DNA of 64,000 nt from NCBI GenBank assembly GCA_046290225.1, contig JBKAGE010000037.1, forward strand, positions 288,001 through 352,000. Reading direction: 5' to 3'. The notes under the pieces are model-generated. The model saw only the letters and a program-made list of their open reading frames with translations, made no database searches and had not been told where the DNA came from. Origin of the DNA: Bradymonadia bacterium (GTDB lineage: Bacteria; Myxococcota_A; Bradymonadia; UBA7976; UBA1532). Below are positions 46,167 to 56,410 of the stretch, piece after piece. Each line of letters begins with the position of its first letter. The first letter of the stretch is position 1. The position numbers and the translations under genes are program-made.

Positions 46167-49100
46167 GTGTTCAGACCACCTTGGGCCCTCTTCCTCGCGA
46201 CCGCCTGCGCTTTCACTGGCTGCAGAGATCAGGTCGACCTCTCACCTGACCAGCCACAGACCTCACGGGCAGACTCCGAGCCGGAGTCCGCCCCCGAAAG
46301 CAAAGCCCTGGCACAGCCTGCCGATCCGGATGCACCGAAGGGCGCCCGGGTGGTTCAGCCCCCGATGAAGCCCGAGCCTGCCCCCAAAGCGGCAAAGCGC
46401 ATCGAGCAGTTGCCAGCCCTCGACACCCTCACCCAGAAGATCGGGAGCGTCTTCGGCGCCCATCAAGGACGACGGATACACATTCAGACCGACAAGCCGC
46501 TCTACACACCCGGTGAGACCATCTGGATCAAGAGCCTCGATCTGAAGGATCGCGATCTCAGCGACAGCCCCGCCGCAGGCATTCATTACAGACTGGTCAG
46601 CCCCCGAGGCTCGACGGTGGTGCAGCAGCGGGTGGTGCAGACACGCGGACGCGCGGCGAACGGCATCGAGATCCCCGAGGGCTCTGTGGGGGGTCTCTAC
46701 ACCCTCAAAGCCACAGCCTTCGACGGCGTCACCGCCGAGCGACCCGTCGTGATCAGCAATTATCAGCCACCGAGGGTGCAGAAGAAGCTCGAGTTCGTGC
46801 GCAAGGCCTATGGCGCCGGCGATACCGTCAAAGCCACATTGACCCTCAAAGGGCCCACGGGTGATCCGCTGGGCAATCACCCGGTCAAGGCACAGATCAC
46901 CGTCGATGGCGCGCCTCTCAAAGCGCAGGCCACCACCGACGCCCACGGCAACGCCCTGATCAAATTCACCCTGCCTGGAGAGATCAGCCGCGGCGACGGT
47001 CTGCTCACCGTGCTCGTGGAGCAGGGTGGCATCACTGAGTCGATCAGCCGGCCCATCCCCATCGTGGTGAAAGCGGTTCAACTGTCGTTCTTCCCCGAAG
47101 GTGGGCAGATGGTCGGCGGCCTGCCGACGCGGCTCTACTTTGAAGCCCGCACCCCCCTGGACAAACCTGCTGACGTCAAGGGGCGCATCGTCGACGATCA
47201 AGGGGCTGTGGTGGCCACCTTCGAGACCTTCGATCGGGGTCGGGGCCGCGTGGGCTTCACGCCGTCGCCTGGCCGCAGCTACCACGGCGAGATCATCCGC
47301 CCTGCGGGGATCTCGGCCCGCTACCCTCTGCCTCTGGCAGCGGCGGAGGGGTGCGTGATCCGCACCTATGATGATCCCGACGGTCAACGGTCAGAGATCC
47401 CCGTCGCCGTGCGCTGTACCGATGCACAGACGGTCATCGTCGCCGCCACTCAGCGTCATCTGCTCCTCGATGCTGCGGCGGTGGAAGCACGGTCCGACGT
47501 ACCCATCGCCGTGCACCTGAAGCCCGGTGCACTGGAGAAAGCCGATGGTGCCCGAGAAGGGCTGATACATGCTCAGGGTCCTGCCCGCATCACCCTCTTC
47601 GATGCAGATCTGCGCCCCATCGCCGAGCGGCTGGTCTTTCGCAACCGGCGAGGGGGCCTCAAGGTGGAGATCACCCCTGACCAGGATGGCTACTCTCCCC
47701 GTGAGCAGGTGGCCCTCAAGCTGAAGACCACGGGCCCCTCGGGTGAGCCGGTCCCTGCGGAGCTGGCCCTCTCCGTCGTGGACGACAAGGTGCTCAGCTT
47801 CGCCGACGACAAGACCGGTCACTTGCTCAGCGCCATGCTGCTGGCGCCGGAGATCCCCGGCACCGTGGCGGAGCCCAATGTGTACTTCGACCTCACGGAG
47901 CCCAAGGGCGCCATGGGGCTCGAACTGCTCATGGGCACCCGAGGCTGGCGCCGCTTCGACTGGCAGCCGGTCCTCGCGCCCAACCCCCGCACAGGCACCG
48001 CCACCACGGTATCCCTCGACGGCTCCACCCGGGCCCCTCGAGATCGCGGGGCTGATGCCGACGAGTTCGAGAAAGCCGGTGAGCTGGGCGGCTTCAAAGA
48101 GGAGAAGCGTCTCGCGGGCAAGAAGGCGGGCCTGAAGAGGCCTCTTGCTCGCCGAAAGCGCGCCGAGGCTGCACAGCCGATGGCTCAGGCTGAGGCGATG
48201 CCCGATCCAAAACCAGATGCCGAAGACGCAAACCGACGCGCCGACGTCGCTCTGGCAGGGCACAAAGCCCTCAAGGGCAAGGGGCGCGGCGGTGGTGGGA
48301 TCGAGCGTGGCCCGAGACAGCGGAACCTCGAGCCGATGCCAGCGGCGAAGCCGGTGCCGATGGGCCGGGTCGCCGGAGGGTTCTTCGAAGACGACCTGCG
48401 CATGCCCGCAGAGGCGATGCCCGACGTACCCCCGCCGCCGCCTCAGTGGGCGCCCGTTCGAGTGTTCCCCACGCCGGACTACAGCGGAGGCTTCACCGGC
48501 GCCCGGACCGACTTCAGAGAGACCATTCACTGGGCCCCCATGGTGAAGACTGGCCGCGACGGCGAGGCCACGGTGACCTTCTGGATGTCGGACGCCGTGA
48601 CCGCGTTCCGGGTCACCGCTGAAGGTGCAGGCCTCGAAGGCGGGGTCATCGGCCGCGCCGAGAAGGTGATCAGCGCCCGCCTGCCCTTCAACCTCGACGT
48701 CAAGCTCCCTGTAGAGGTGAGCGCCGGTGACACCGTGCAATTGCCCATCACCCTGAGCAACGAGACCGAGGGCACTCAGCCAGTGAATCTCGTGGCACAC
48801 TTCGGCGATCTCGTAGAAGCTGGCACGCCTGAAGGACTCACCGAGGGCAAGCTGCAGCTGCCGCCCAAGGCCAGCCAGTCGGTGTGGTACCCCCTCACGG
48901 TGAAGGGACAGCGAGGTGAGAGCACGATCACCCTCTCTGCTCAGGCGGACGGCCTCGACGACGAGATGGTGCGCACCCTCAGAGTGGCCCCTCGGGGGTT
49001 CCCCCAGGTGGCCGAGCGCAGTGGCACCCTCAAGGGCGACGTCACCGTGACCGAGACCGTCGATCTCGGCGAGGTGGCCCCAGGGAGCGTGGCGGCGAGC

Positions 49101-50597
49101 TTGAAGCTCTACCCCAGCCCGGTGGCCACCCTGCTCAGTGGCCTCGATGGCCTGGTAAGAGAGCCCCATGGCTGCTTCGAGCAGACCTCGAGCAGCAACT
49201 ACCCCAACGTGATGGTGCTGCAGTACCTCGAAGCGAACGATGTCGCCGACCCCAAGCTCATCGCTCGAACTCGCAAGCTCGTCGACAAGGGCTACAAGCG
49301 GCTCGTGGGCTTCGAGACCAAAAAGAAGGGCTACGAGTGGTTCGGCCGCGCACCGGCCCACGAGGCCCTTACCGCGTACGGCGTGCTGGAGTTCACCGAC
49401 ATGCGCTCGATCTACGGCGAGGTGGACGAGGCCATGCTGGCACGCACCGCGAAGTGGCTCGCGAAACGCCGCGATGGCAAGGGGGGCTTCAAGCGCGACA
49501 AGAAAGCCCTGGACAGCTTCGGCCGCGCGGCGCCGGAGATCACCGATGCCTACATCGTCTACAGCCTCGCGGAGGCTGGCCTTGTCGATGGCTTCGATCT
49601 CGAGCTGGACACCCTCGGCAAGCGCGCGGAAAAGACGCAGGACGACTATATGCTCGCCCTCGCAGCGAACGCCCTGCTCAGCGTGCCTGCCCGCCGACAG
49701 GCGGGCCTCGCCCTGCTCAAGACTCTGAAGAGCCGCCAGGGCAAGGACGGCGCCTGGAAGAAGGCCAAGCACAGCATCACCCGGTCTTCGGGCAAGAACC
49801 TGCACATCGAGACCACGGCCCTGGCCATGCTGGCGCTGATGAAAGATCCGGAGGGCGGCCACTTCGACGCGCTGCGCTCAGGGGCGAAGTGGCTCACTGA
49901 TCACCGCGGCGGCTATGGGCAGTGGGGGGCCACTCAGGCCACCGTGCTCGCACTCAAGGCCATGACCGCCTACAGCAGCGCCAGCGCCACCACCAAACAC
50001 CCGGGCACCGTCATCGTGAAGATCAACGGGGTGCAAGTGGGCGAGATGGCCTATGAGGCCGGCCGCCGGGACCCCCTTGAGTTCCACGCCATCGGCGGCC
50101 ACTTCAAGGCCGGCGAGAACACCATCGAGATCACTCACAAGGGTCAGGGGCAGCTGCCCTTCAGCTTCGCCGCCGACTACCGCTCCACCACCCCGGCCAC
50201 CGATCCCGAAGCTGCGGTGTCGGTGACCACCTCACTGGCCCGCGACACCGTGCCCATGGGCGAGACCGTGCGACTCACCGCCACGGTGGAGAACCGCCTC
50301 GACGCTGGCCAGCCGATGACGCTGGCCCGTCTGGGCCTGCCCGGCGGCCTGGTCTGGCAGCAGTGGCAGCTCAAAGCGCTCAAAGAAAAGGGAGAAGTGG
50401 ACTTCGTGGAGACGCGGCCTCGAGAGGTCATCGTCTACTTCCGGCAGATGAAGCCCAAGGAGAAGCGAGAGATCAGTCTTGACCTCGTGGCGCAGGTGCC
50501 CGGCGAGTTCACCGGGCCGGCCTCGTCGGCCTACCTCTACTACACCAACGACAAGAAGTTCTGGACGAAGGGGTTGCCCGTCTCGATCACCCGCTGA
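46167..50597 (+). CDS. Alpha-2-macroglobulin family thioester lipoprotein
   Basis: Lipobox FTGC; MG2 motif TDKPLYTPGE; LALSVVD; RTDFRETIHW; thioester GCFEQ at 49170-49184; SSAYLYY. Confidence 0.93.
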   Translation: MFRPPWALFLATACAFTGCRDQVDLSPDQPQTSRADSEPESAPESKALAQPADPDAPKGARVVQPPMKPEPAPKAAKRIEQLPALDTLTQKIGSVFGAHQGRRIHIQTDKPLYTPGETIWIKSLDLKDRDLSDSPAAGIHYRLVSPRGSTVVQQRVVQTRGRAANGIEIPEGSVGGLYTLKATAFDGVTAERPVVISNYQPPRVQKKLEFVRKAYGAGDTVKATLTLKGPTGDPLGNHPVKAQITVDGAPLKAQATTDAHGNALIKFTLPGEISRGDGLLTVLVEQGGITESISRPIPIVVKAVQLSFFPEGGQMVGGLPTRLYFEARTPLDKPADVKGRIVDDQGAVVATFETFDRGRGRVGFTPSPGRSYHGEIIRPAGISARYPLPLAAAEGCVIRTYDDPDGQRSEIPVAVRCTDAQTVIVAATQRHLLLDAAAVEARSDVPIAVHLKPGALEKADGAREGLIHAQGPARITLFDADLRPIAERLVFRNRRGGLKVEITPDQDGYSPREQVALKLKTTGPSGEPVPAELALSVVDDKVLSFADDKTGHLLSAMLLAPEIPGTVAEPNVYFDLTEPKGAMGLELLMGTRGWRRFDWQPVLAPNPRTGTATTVSLDGSTRAPRDRGADADEFEKAGELGGFKEEKRLAGKKAGLKRPLARRKRAEAAQPMAQAEAMPDPKPDAEDANRRADVALAGHKALKGKGRGGGGIERGPRQRNLEPMPAAKPVPMGRVAGGFFEDDLRMPAEAMPDVPPPPPQWAPVRVFPTPDYSGGFTGARTDFRETIHWAPMVKTGRDGEATVTFWMSDAVTAFRVTAEGAGLEGGVIGRAEKVISARLPFNLDVKLPVEVSAGDTVQLPITLSNETEGTQPVNLVAHFGDLVEAGTPEGLTEGKLQLPPKASQSVWYPLTVKGQRGESTITLSAQADGLDDEMVRTLRVAPRGFPQVAERSGTLKGDVTVTETVDLGEVAPGSVAASLKLYPSPVATLLSGLDGLVREPHGCFEQTSSSNYPNVMVLQYLEANDVADPKLIARTRKLVDKGYKRLVGFETKKKGYEWFGRAPAHEALTAYGVLEFTDMRSIYGEVDEAMLARTAKWLAKRRDGKGGFKRDKKALDSFGRAAPEITDAYIVYSLAEAGLVDGFDLELDTLGKRAEKTQDDYMLALAANALLSVPARRQAGLALLKTLKSRQGKDGAWKKAKHSITRSSGKNLHIETTALAMLALMKDPEGGHFDALRSGAKWLTDHRGGYGQWGATQATVLALKAMTAYSSASATTKHPGTVIVKINGVQVGEMAYEAGRRDPLEFHAIGGHFKAGENTIEITHKGQGQLPFSFAADYRSTTPATDPEAAVSVTTSLARDTVPMGETVRLTATVENRLDAGQPMTLARLGLPGGLVWQQWQLKALKEKGEVDFVETRPREVIVYFRQMKPKEKREISLDLVAQVPGEFTGPASSAYLYYTNDKKFWTKGLPVSITR

Positions 50598-50615
50598 GGC
50601 GCGGGCGCTGATCCA

Positions 50616-51197
50616 TCAGACGTTGATGGCGACGAACTGGGTAGCTTCGAGGCACAGCTCCATGTGGAACCGGGCGTGGCCGGGGGTGGTGTAGACGATG
50701 CGCACGCACGGATCGTTCTGGCGCATCACCGCCCGCAACTCGAGCCGATAGAGACCTGTGAGGGGCACCACCGCGGGGATCGACGCGTCGGCGCTCACGT
50801 CGTAGCGCTTCTGCATGGCGATGCGCGACATGCCGATGCAGTGGTTGGTCAACTCGCCGATGGCGTTGCGCACGTCCTCGGCCTCGTGGTGCTGGGGGAT
50901 CTCGTCTTCATCCATGCCCATCTGGCGGAGCGAGGAGGAGACGATCTCCAAGGCCGCAGGGCCCTGGAAGTTCATGACCATCAAGCCGCTGTAGTTGCCG
51001 AAGAAGCTGACGAAGGAGCCGATGTCCTCAGCGAGCCGGATCGTGGGCACGAGCTGAGCCGAGCGAGACATCTGAATCTCGAGGCCCGTAGAGCGCGAGA
51101 TCACGTCGCGGACGGTCTCGCCAAAGAGCTGAGCCATCTCCAACACCGAGGAGTTGACTCGCAATTCCTGGATCCGATTATGGATGCCTGATTCCAT
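50616..51197 (-). CDS. CheX/CheC-like phosphatase (DUF3334-like)
   Basis: Motifs DIGSFVSFFGNYSGLMVMNF and AIGELTN (ExxN). Confidence 0.75.
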   Translation of the reverse strand: MESGIHNRIQELRVNSSVLEMAQLFGETVRDVISRSTGLEIQMSRSAQLVPTIRLAEDIGSFVSFFGNYSGLMVMNFQGPAALEIVSSSLRQMGMDEDEIPQHHEAEDVRNAIGELTNHCIGMSRIAMQKRYDVSADASIPAVVPLTGLYRLELRAVMRQNDPCVRIVYTTPGHARFHMELCLEATQFVAINV

Positions 51198-51340
51198 GAG
51201 AACACCACCCTCGTTGATGCTTTTGTGCAATGATTGGGAGCTTGCGCCGCCGGCAAGAGCCGAGGCCTTTTCCCTTGTTCGGCACGAGACACTTGTGACC
51301 CAAATCTTTTTTTACATCCGCACCGTAACAGTGTGAGCCC

Positions 51341-52015
51341 ATGCGAGAGACTGATCCTGGAGACCGCCCGGAAGGCGGCAGCTCCAAGGCCCGCAAACGG
51401 AAAAAGCCACGCACTCAGGTGAGCGGCCCGTGGCTCGAGCGGGTAGCACTGGCCCACCTTCAGCGCTTCAGCTCTTCCAGAGAGAACCTGCGTCGCGTAC
51501 TCAGCCGACGGGTGTCGAAGGTGGCTCGGGCCGCCGCCTATGCTGCAGAGCAGGACGAGCCAGGCACCGGCGAGGCCATCAAGGAAGAGCGGCTCGCCGC
51601 CGGCGCGGAGATCATCGAGCCCTTGCTCGACCGATTCGTCGAAGCAGGCCTGCTCAACGATCGTGTCTATGCCGAGGGCCGGGTCAGGGCGCTGCATCGT
51701 CAGGGACACCCCGCCCGAGCCATCAGAGCCCGCCTCAGGGCCAAGGGGGTACCTGCTGAGCTCGTCGACGAGGTGCTCGAATTGCTCGCCGAAGAAGATG
51801 ACGGAGGCCTCTCCCCTGATCTCGAAGCTGCCATCCTCCGGGCGCGCCGCAAACGCTTGGGGCCCTATCGAGATGAAGCGAGCAGGGCCGACCGGCGACA
51901 GCGGGATCTCGGCGCGCTGGCCCGGGCCGGATTCTCCTTCGACGTCGCTCGTCAGGTGATAGATGCACCGGACAAAGAACATTTGGAAGACATGCTCTAT
52001 GGCGCTGGTCGTTGA
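51341..52015 (+). CDS. recX: RecX family regulator
   Basis: Motifs ALAHLQRFSSSRENLRRVL, GLLNDRVYA, IRARLRAKGV and LARAGFS. Confidence 0.88.
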   Translation: MRETDPGDRPEGGSSKARKRKKPRTQVSGPWLERVALAHLQRFSSSRENLRRVLSRRVSKVARAAAYAAEQDEPGTGEAIKEERLAAGAEIIEPLLDRFVEAGLLNDRVYAEGRVRALHRQGHPARAIRARLRAKGVPAELVDEVLELLAEEDDGGLSPDLEAAILRARRKRLGPYRDEASRADRRQRDLGALARAGFSFDVARQVIDAPDKEHLEDMLYGAGR

Positions 52016-52164
52016 GGGTGAAACACAGCCGGTGCTCCGGCTCAAAATGCACTGGATCATGCCTGTGATTCAGGCTAAGAGGCGCCTCGCTCAACGCCCT
52101 CGCGCAATTCCAATGTGTGGCTTGCTTCAGGCATCTCCACGAGGTGCCGAGATTAGATGACGTG

Positions 52165-53550
52165 ATGAACACCCCCGATACTCCGGCCCTCGAGGCCCTG
52201 AGCGCAGCGGGCCTCGCCGCGGCCTGGCTCGATCCTCAGTTGAACGTGGTGACCTGCACTGAGCAGTTCGAGCGATTGCTCCACCGCGCTCAGTCGGATG
52301 AGGGAGACATCCCATGGCACTTCCTCGGCGCATTCGACCAGGTGAGCCCTGAGATTTCTCTCCCGTTGCGGGCGCCAGAATCTCGCAGGTTGCACATCGA
52401 CGAGGGCGGGCTGCGGCGTACGTTCCACCTGAAGCTCACGCCCCAGCAAGGCTGTGTGCTGGCGATCCTCACTGACTTGACCGAGGCCGAGTCTCTGGTC
52501 AAAGACGAGCGCCACCTCGACACCCTCTCGGTGATGGGGCGCTTCGCCGCCCAGATCGCCCACGAGCTCAACAACATGCTGGTGGTGATCTCCGGCCGGG
52601 GTCAGCTGCTGCAGATGGGCTTGCCACCGAGCCCCAGACTGCAAGAAGACATCCGCGAGATCCTGCTCGCAGGCAACCGGGCGCAGCACCTCGCCAAACG
52701 GCTGATGCTCCTCCGACCCACTGCGCGGCAGGATCCTGCTGTCATCTGTGTCGATGAGGCTGTGGAGAGCAGCTTCAAGTTGATGAGTCGCCTGCTCCCT
52801 CACGGCGCCGAGCTGAAGCTCGACATCGAGCAGCGTCAGCTGCGCACGCGTATGGATCCTTCAGGCCTCGAGCGGGCGATTCTCTGTCTCATGGTCGGTG
52901 TTCAGCGCCATCTGGGGCCCGACGATCAGGTGCGCTTGCGGGTAAGCGCCAGAGGGCACGACATCGCCCTCACTTTGAGCACCACCGCAACGGTGGGGCC
53001 TCACCTCTATCTCTATCTCGACCTCGCCCAGTCACTCATCGGGCATCCCATCGCCGGCAGTCAGGTCATCGACCCACATCAGCTCGAGCTGCGTTTGTCG
53101 CCCCTGACCCCGACCCCCACCCCCCTTGGGGCCAACTGGCGTCCGGTGAAGGCAGCAACGGCCCTCAAGCTCTTGCTGGTGGACGATCGCCCCGACACCC
53201 TCGAAGCGGTGCAGCGCCAGCTCGACGTACTCGGCCACAGCGTCACGGCAGTGGGTCGGCCCCACGAAGCCCTGTCGGTCTTTCAGAGCGCCCCTGATCA
53301 CTTCGACATGCTCGTCACCGATGTGCTGATGCCGGTGATGAACGGTGTAGAGCTGGCGCGGCAGCTTCAAAAGACCGCCCTGGGGCTCCCGATCCTGTTC
53401 ATCTCGGGCTTCACAGCAGAAGTCTGGCGACAACATGGGGTCGAGAGTCTCGACGACGCCCGAGTGCACTTGCTGCACAAGCCCTTCGACCTGAACACCC
53501 TCGCTCAGGCCATCGAACGCGCCTACCGCTCCCCGGGCCCTCTGCTCTGA
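52165..53550 (+). CDS. Hybrid histidine kinase-receiver with degenerate ATPase domain
   Basis: H-box IAHELNN; receiver LLVDD, TDVLMP, ISG and KPF. N/G1/G2 boxes are not recognisable. Confidence 0.8.
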   Translation: MNTPDTPALEALSAAGLAAAWLDPQLNVVTCTEQFERLLHRAQSDEGDIPWHFLGAFDQVSPEISLPLRAPESRRLHIDEGGLRRTFHLKLTPQQGCVLAILTDLTEAESLVKDERHLDTLSVMGRFAAQIAHELNNMLVVISGRGQLLQMGLPPSPRLQEDIREILLAGNRAQHLAKRLMLLRPTARQDPAVICVDEAVESSFKLMSRLLPHGAELKLDIEQRQLRTRMDPSGLERAILCLMVGVQRHLGPDDQVRLRVSARGHDIALTLSTTATVGPHLYLYLDLAQSLIGHPIAGSQVIDPHQLELRLSPLTPTPTPLGANWRPVKAATALKLLLVDDRPDTLEAVQRQLDVLGHSVTAVGRPHEALSVFQSAPDHFDMLVTDVLMPVMNGVELARQLQKTALGLPILFISGFTAEVWRQHGVESLDDARVHLLHKPFDLNTLAQAIERAYRSPGPLL

Positions 53551-53636
53551 TCAGGTCATGACCGGGGTCAACGCGGCCCCAGCGCTCACCTCCCCCTTCT
53601 GTATGTCCGATCTTCCCCTCAGAGGAAGGTTGCATC

Positions 53637-55097
53637 ATGGCGGATCACGCAGACATTGGATCTCTGGGCTCTCTCGGCGACGTGAGCCGACTGCTCGGCG
53701 GACGATATGTGCTGGAGTCGCGCATCGGCAGCGGGGGCCACGGTGACGTCTATTTGTCACATCAGCCTGTGGTGGACCGCCCGGTGGCCATCAAGCTGAT
53801 TCGCCCGCCGAAGCGGGCCGGCTCCGTTAAGAGTTACAGCCGTATGCAGGCCCGCTTTCTGCGAGAAGCCCGCCTGCACGCCAGCATCGGCCACCCTAGC
53901 GTGGTCACCTTGTACGACTTCGGCTCTGAAGACGACGGCACACTCTTCATCGTGATGGAGTACCTCGAAGGTCGCTCCATGTACGAGCACCTCGGCAGCA
54001 TGCCGGTGCGTCATGTGGCCCATGTGTGCGTTCAGGTCCTGGAGGCGCTGCACGCCGCTCATCAACAGGGCTTGATCCATCGAGACATCAAGCCCGAAAA
54101 CATCATGATCCTCGATGCCCCTGACGCTCGGGGCCTGCCCCAGGCACGGCTTCTGGACTTCGGCATCGCCCGTTCGATCACCAACCACGCCGCCCTCACC
54201 CAACAAGGCGAGGTCTTTGGCACCCCCTGGTACATGGCCCCGGAGCAAGCCCTCGGCCTGGACAACCTCGATGGCAAGGTGGATCAGTACGCAGTCGGTG
54301 TCATTTTGTACGAAGCCATCAGCGGACGCCTCCCCTTCGATGGGGACGATCCGCAGCGTGTACTGGATCAGCTCGCCAGCAGAGCTGCACCCAAGCTGCG
54401 CCCAACCCAGGGTGTCCCCAGCGAGCTGGTGAGGCTGGTCAACCGCGCGATGGCCCGCAAGGCCGAGGACCGCTTCGCCTCTGCAGCGGAGATGGCCAAG
54501 GAGATCAAGCGGCTGCCGTGGTTCAGCGCTGGGATCCTGACCTCGACGAGCAGCCTCAAGGTCTTCAAGCGTGAGCAGTTTCCTTCGGACTCTTTCGAAG
54601 GCCTGGGCACCATCGTCGATGCCCACCCCTCGATAGACGACATGGCCCAGGCGGTGAGCCTCACGCCTCCCCCAGATACCCAGCAGGTCGCCTCACCAGC
54701 CTTCAAGGCCTCCCCTGAGGTCTCAGAAGAGGGCAAAGACAGGCATCACCTCGACAGGCAGACAGAGCCGGCTCCGCGCACACAGCGCGCATCACCACAG
54801 GTGACCTTCGAAGAACGGCCTACGATCCAACCGCCGACAAAGAGCCGGCGGTCGACGACGGAGCGGGTCGCCGAGACACCTCGTGCACGCACCAGAGCCC
54901 CCATCCCCTGGCGGGCTCTGGGCGTCGCCGCTGCTGTGCTGGTCTTGTTGCTGACATTTGTATTGATGCCGGATGATCACGCGGTGCCCCAGCCTCGTAC
55001 TGAGAGCACCGACAAGACAGCCCCGGTCGTCATCAAACTCTCAGTAGAGCCCACCTCAGGGCAGCTTCAAGTTGCCCCGGCAAAGCCATCGCGATGA
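53637..55097 (+). CDS. Membrane Ser/Thr protein kinase
   Basis: Motifs GSGGHG, VAIK, HRDIKPEN, DFG and GTPWYMAPE; C-terminal TM helix. Confidence 0.95.
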   Translation: MADHADIGSLGSLGDVSRLLGGRYVLESRIGSGGHGDVYLSHQPVVDRPVAIKLIRPPKRAGSVKSYSRMQARFLREARLHASIGHPSVVTLYDFGSEDDGTLFIVMEYLEGRSMYEHLGSMPVRHVAHVCVQVLEALHAAHQQGLIHRDIKPENIMILDAPDARGLPQARLLDFGIARSITNHAALTQQGEVFGTPWYMAPEQALGLDNLDGKVDQYAVGVILYEAISGRLPFDGDDPQRVLDQLASRAAPKLRPTQGVPSELVRLVNRAMARKAEDRFASAAEMAKEIKRLPWFSAGILTSTSSLKVFKREQFPSDSFEGLGTIVDAHPSIDDMAQAVSLTPPPDTQQVASPAFKASPEVSEEGKDRHHLDRQTEPAPRTQRASPQVTFEERPTIQPPTKSRRSTTERVAETPRARTRAPIPWRALGVAAAVLVLLLTFVLMPDDHAVPQPRTESTDKTAPVVIKLSVEPTSGQLQVAPAKPSR

Positions 55098-55323
55098 GTT
55101 CCTCACTCGATCAAGGGGCAGACATTTCTTTACACGTGTTGACATCTTTACCGGTATCCCACACACAATAGGGTCATATGCAGGAGCGGTCAGGCAGACA
55201 CCACTCCATGCTGACCAGGGGCCTCTCCCCAGGCCACCTGCCTCAGACCGTCGGCGCGTGACGGGCAGACGCGTCGGCGGTCACTCTCAGAGCCGCTCGG
55301 GCGCCCACCAGACTCGCCCTCCA

Positions 55324-55773
55324 TCAGTGGCCTCCAAAGCCCCAAATCAACACAGCATATCGTGCAACTCGGGTGCCCAGGCCCAGTCCGATCCAGGACC
55401 ACGCAGGCACACGCACAATGCCCGCCACCACCATCAACGGATCACCCACGATGGGCAGCCACGAGCCCACGAGGGCCACAGGGCCCCAACGCTCGCTCCA
55501 CCGAAGTGCCCGCCGCCCGCCTGCACTGGCCTTCAGTCGAGAGACCACAGCAGGGCCCATCCATCGACCGAGCAGATAATCAGTCCCCGCGCCAGCGCAA
55601 TTGCCCACGCTGGCCCACAGCAACACCTCGCCCGAGGATGCGCCCCCAGCGAGGGCCAGGACCACCGCCAGCTCTGAAGAAAAAGGTAGGAGTGTCGCAG
55701 CGATGAAACAGATCGGCGCCAGAGCCCATACACCCTCGGCGAGCCAGGCCCCCCACCACGCCGCGTGCTCCAC
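55324..55773 (-). CDS. YqaA/DedA family membrane protein
   Basis: Motifs FIAATLLPFSSE, ASVGN..G, SWLPIVGDP and RY. Confidence 0.9.
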   Translation of the reverse strand: MEHAAWWGAWLAEGVWALAPICFIAATLLPFSSELAVVLALAGGASSGEVLLWASVGNCAGAGTDYLLGRWMGPAVVSRLKASAGGRRALRWSERWGPVALVGSWLPIVGDPLMVVAGIVRVPAWSWIGLGLGTRVARYAVLIWGFGGH

Positions 55774-55911
55774 CCCCGTACTCCACGCGTCCACGCGATC
55801 CCTCGATGACCTTCGATCTTCAGAAGGGCATACTCTGCAGAGACGTCGAAGGCCAGAGCCAGTCTGAACCTGGGAACACCCGGAGACCCTCGACACAACT
55901 GAGGAAGACTC

Positions 55912-56364
55912 ATGCACACCCCGCTCATCTCACGCTTTGTTGTTGCGCTGCTCGTCGCGGTGAGCCTGCTGGCATGCTCCAGCAAGCAACGCCCGCAGCC
56001 AGTACCGGAGATCCCATTTCACGAGAGCTTCAAGGGCGAGCGACGCTTGCTGGTGGTCTTCGATGCAGCCCCAGGTGAGGCGCTGGAAGCCCAGCGACAA
56101 CTCATCAAGGCCGAAAAGCCGCGCTGGCGCGATGCCGATCTGCTGCTCCTCGAGGTGGTGGAGGGGCAGCCCATCGTGCTCGCAGGCCAGAAGATGCAGG
56201 TCCCTCAGGGGGCAGATCTACGCACTGCCCTCCATGCCCCCTCCGGGCGCTTTACCGCGGTCCTGGTGGGCCTCGACGGCACCGAGAAGCTCAGAGAAGA
56301 TGCCCCGATCTCCGTAGAGACCCTGATCACCGCAGATCCGCTTGCCCGGCAAGACACCCCGTGA
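55912..56364 (+). CDS. DUF4174-like lipoprotein
   Basis: Lipobox LLAC; motifs RLLVVF and FTAVLVGLDGTEKLR. Confidence 0.75.
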   Translation: MHTPLISRFVVALLVAVSLLACSSKQRPQPVPEIPFHESFKGERRLLVVFDAAPGEALEAQRQLIKAEKPRWRDADLLLLEVVEGQPIVLAGQKMQVPQGADLRTALHAPSGRFTAVLVGLDGTEKLREDAPISVETLITADPLARQDTP

Positions 56365-56410
56365 CACAACTTCATGGTGTCTCTCACTTTGATCGTGCTC
56401 TGGAGTCTGC

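Noticed and set aside
47391..49862. Long antisense ORFs (823 aa here; also 32580-34502, 43379-44647, 7927-9126, 39271-40383)
   Set aside because: These are shadows of high-GC3 genes on the opposite strand, with no recognisable motifs.
51280..51300. Possible sigma-54 promoter (GGCACG...TTGT)
   Set aside because: The spacing is wrong and the conserved GC at -12 is missing.
52020..52150. Several short hairpins between recX and the hybrid kinase
   Set aside because: The 5-8 bp GC-rich stems are expected by chance at this composition, and no known RNA motif is present.
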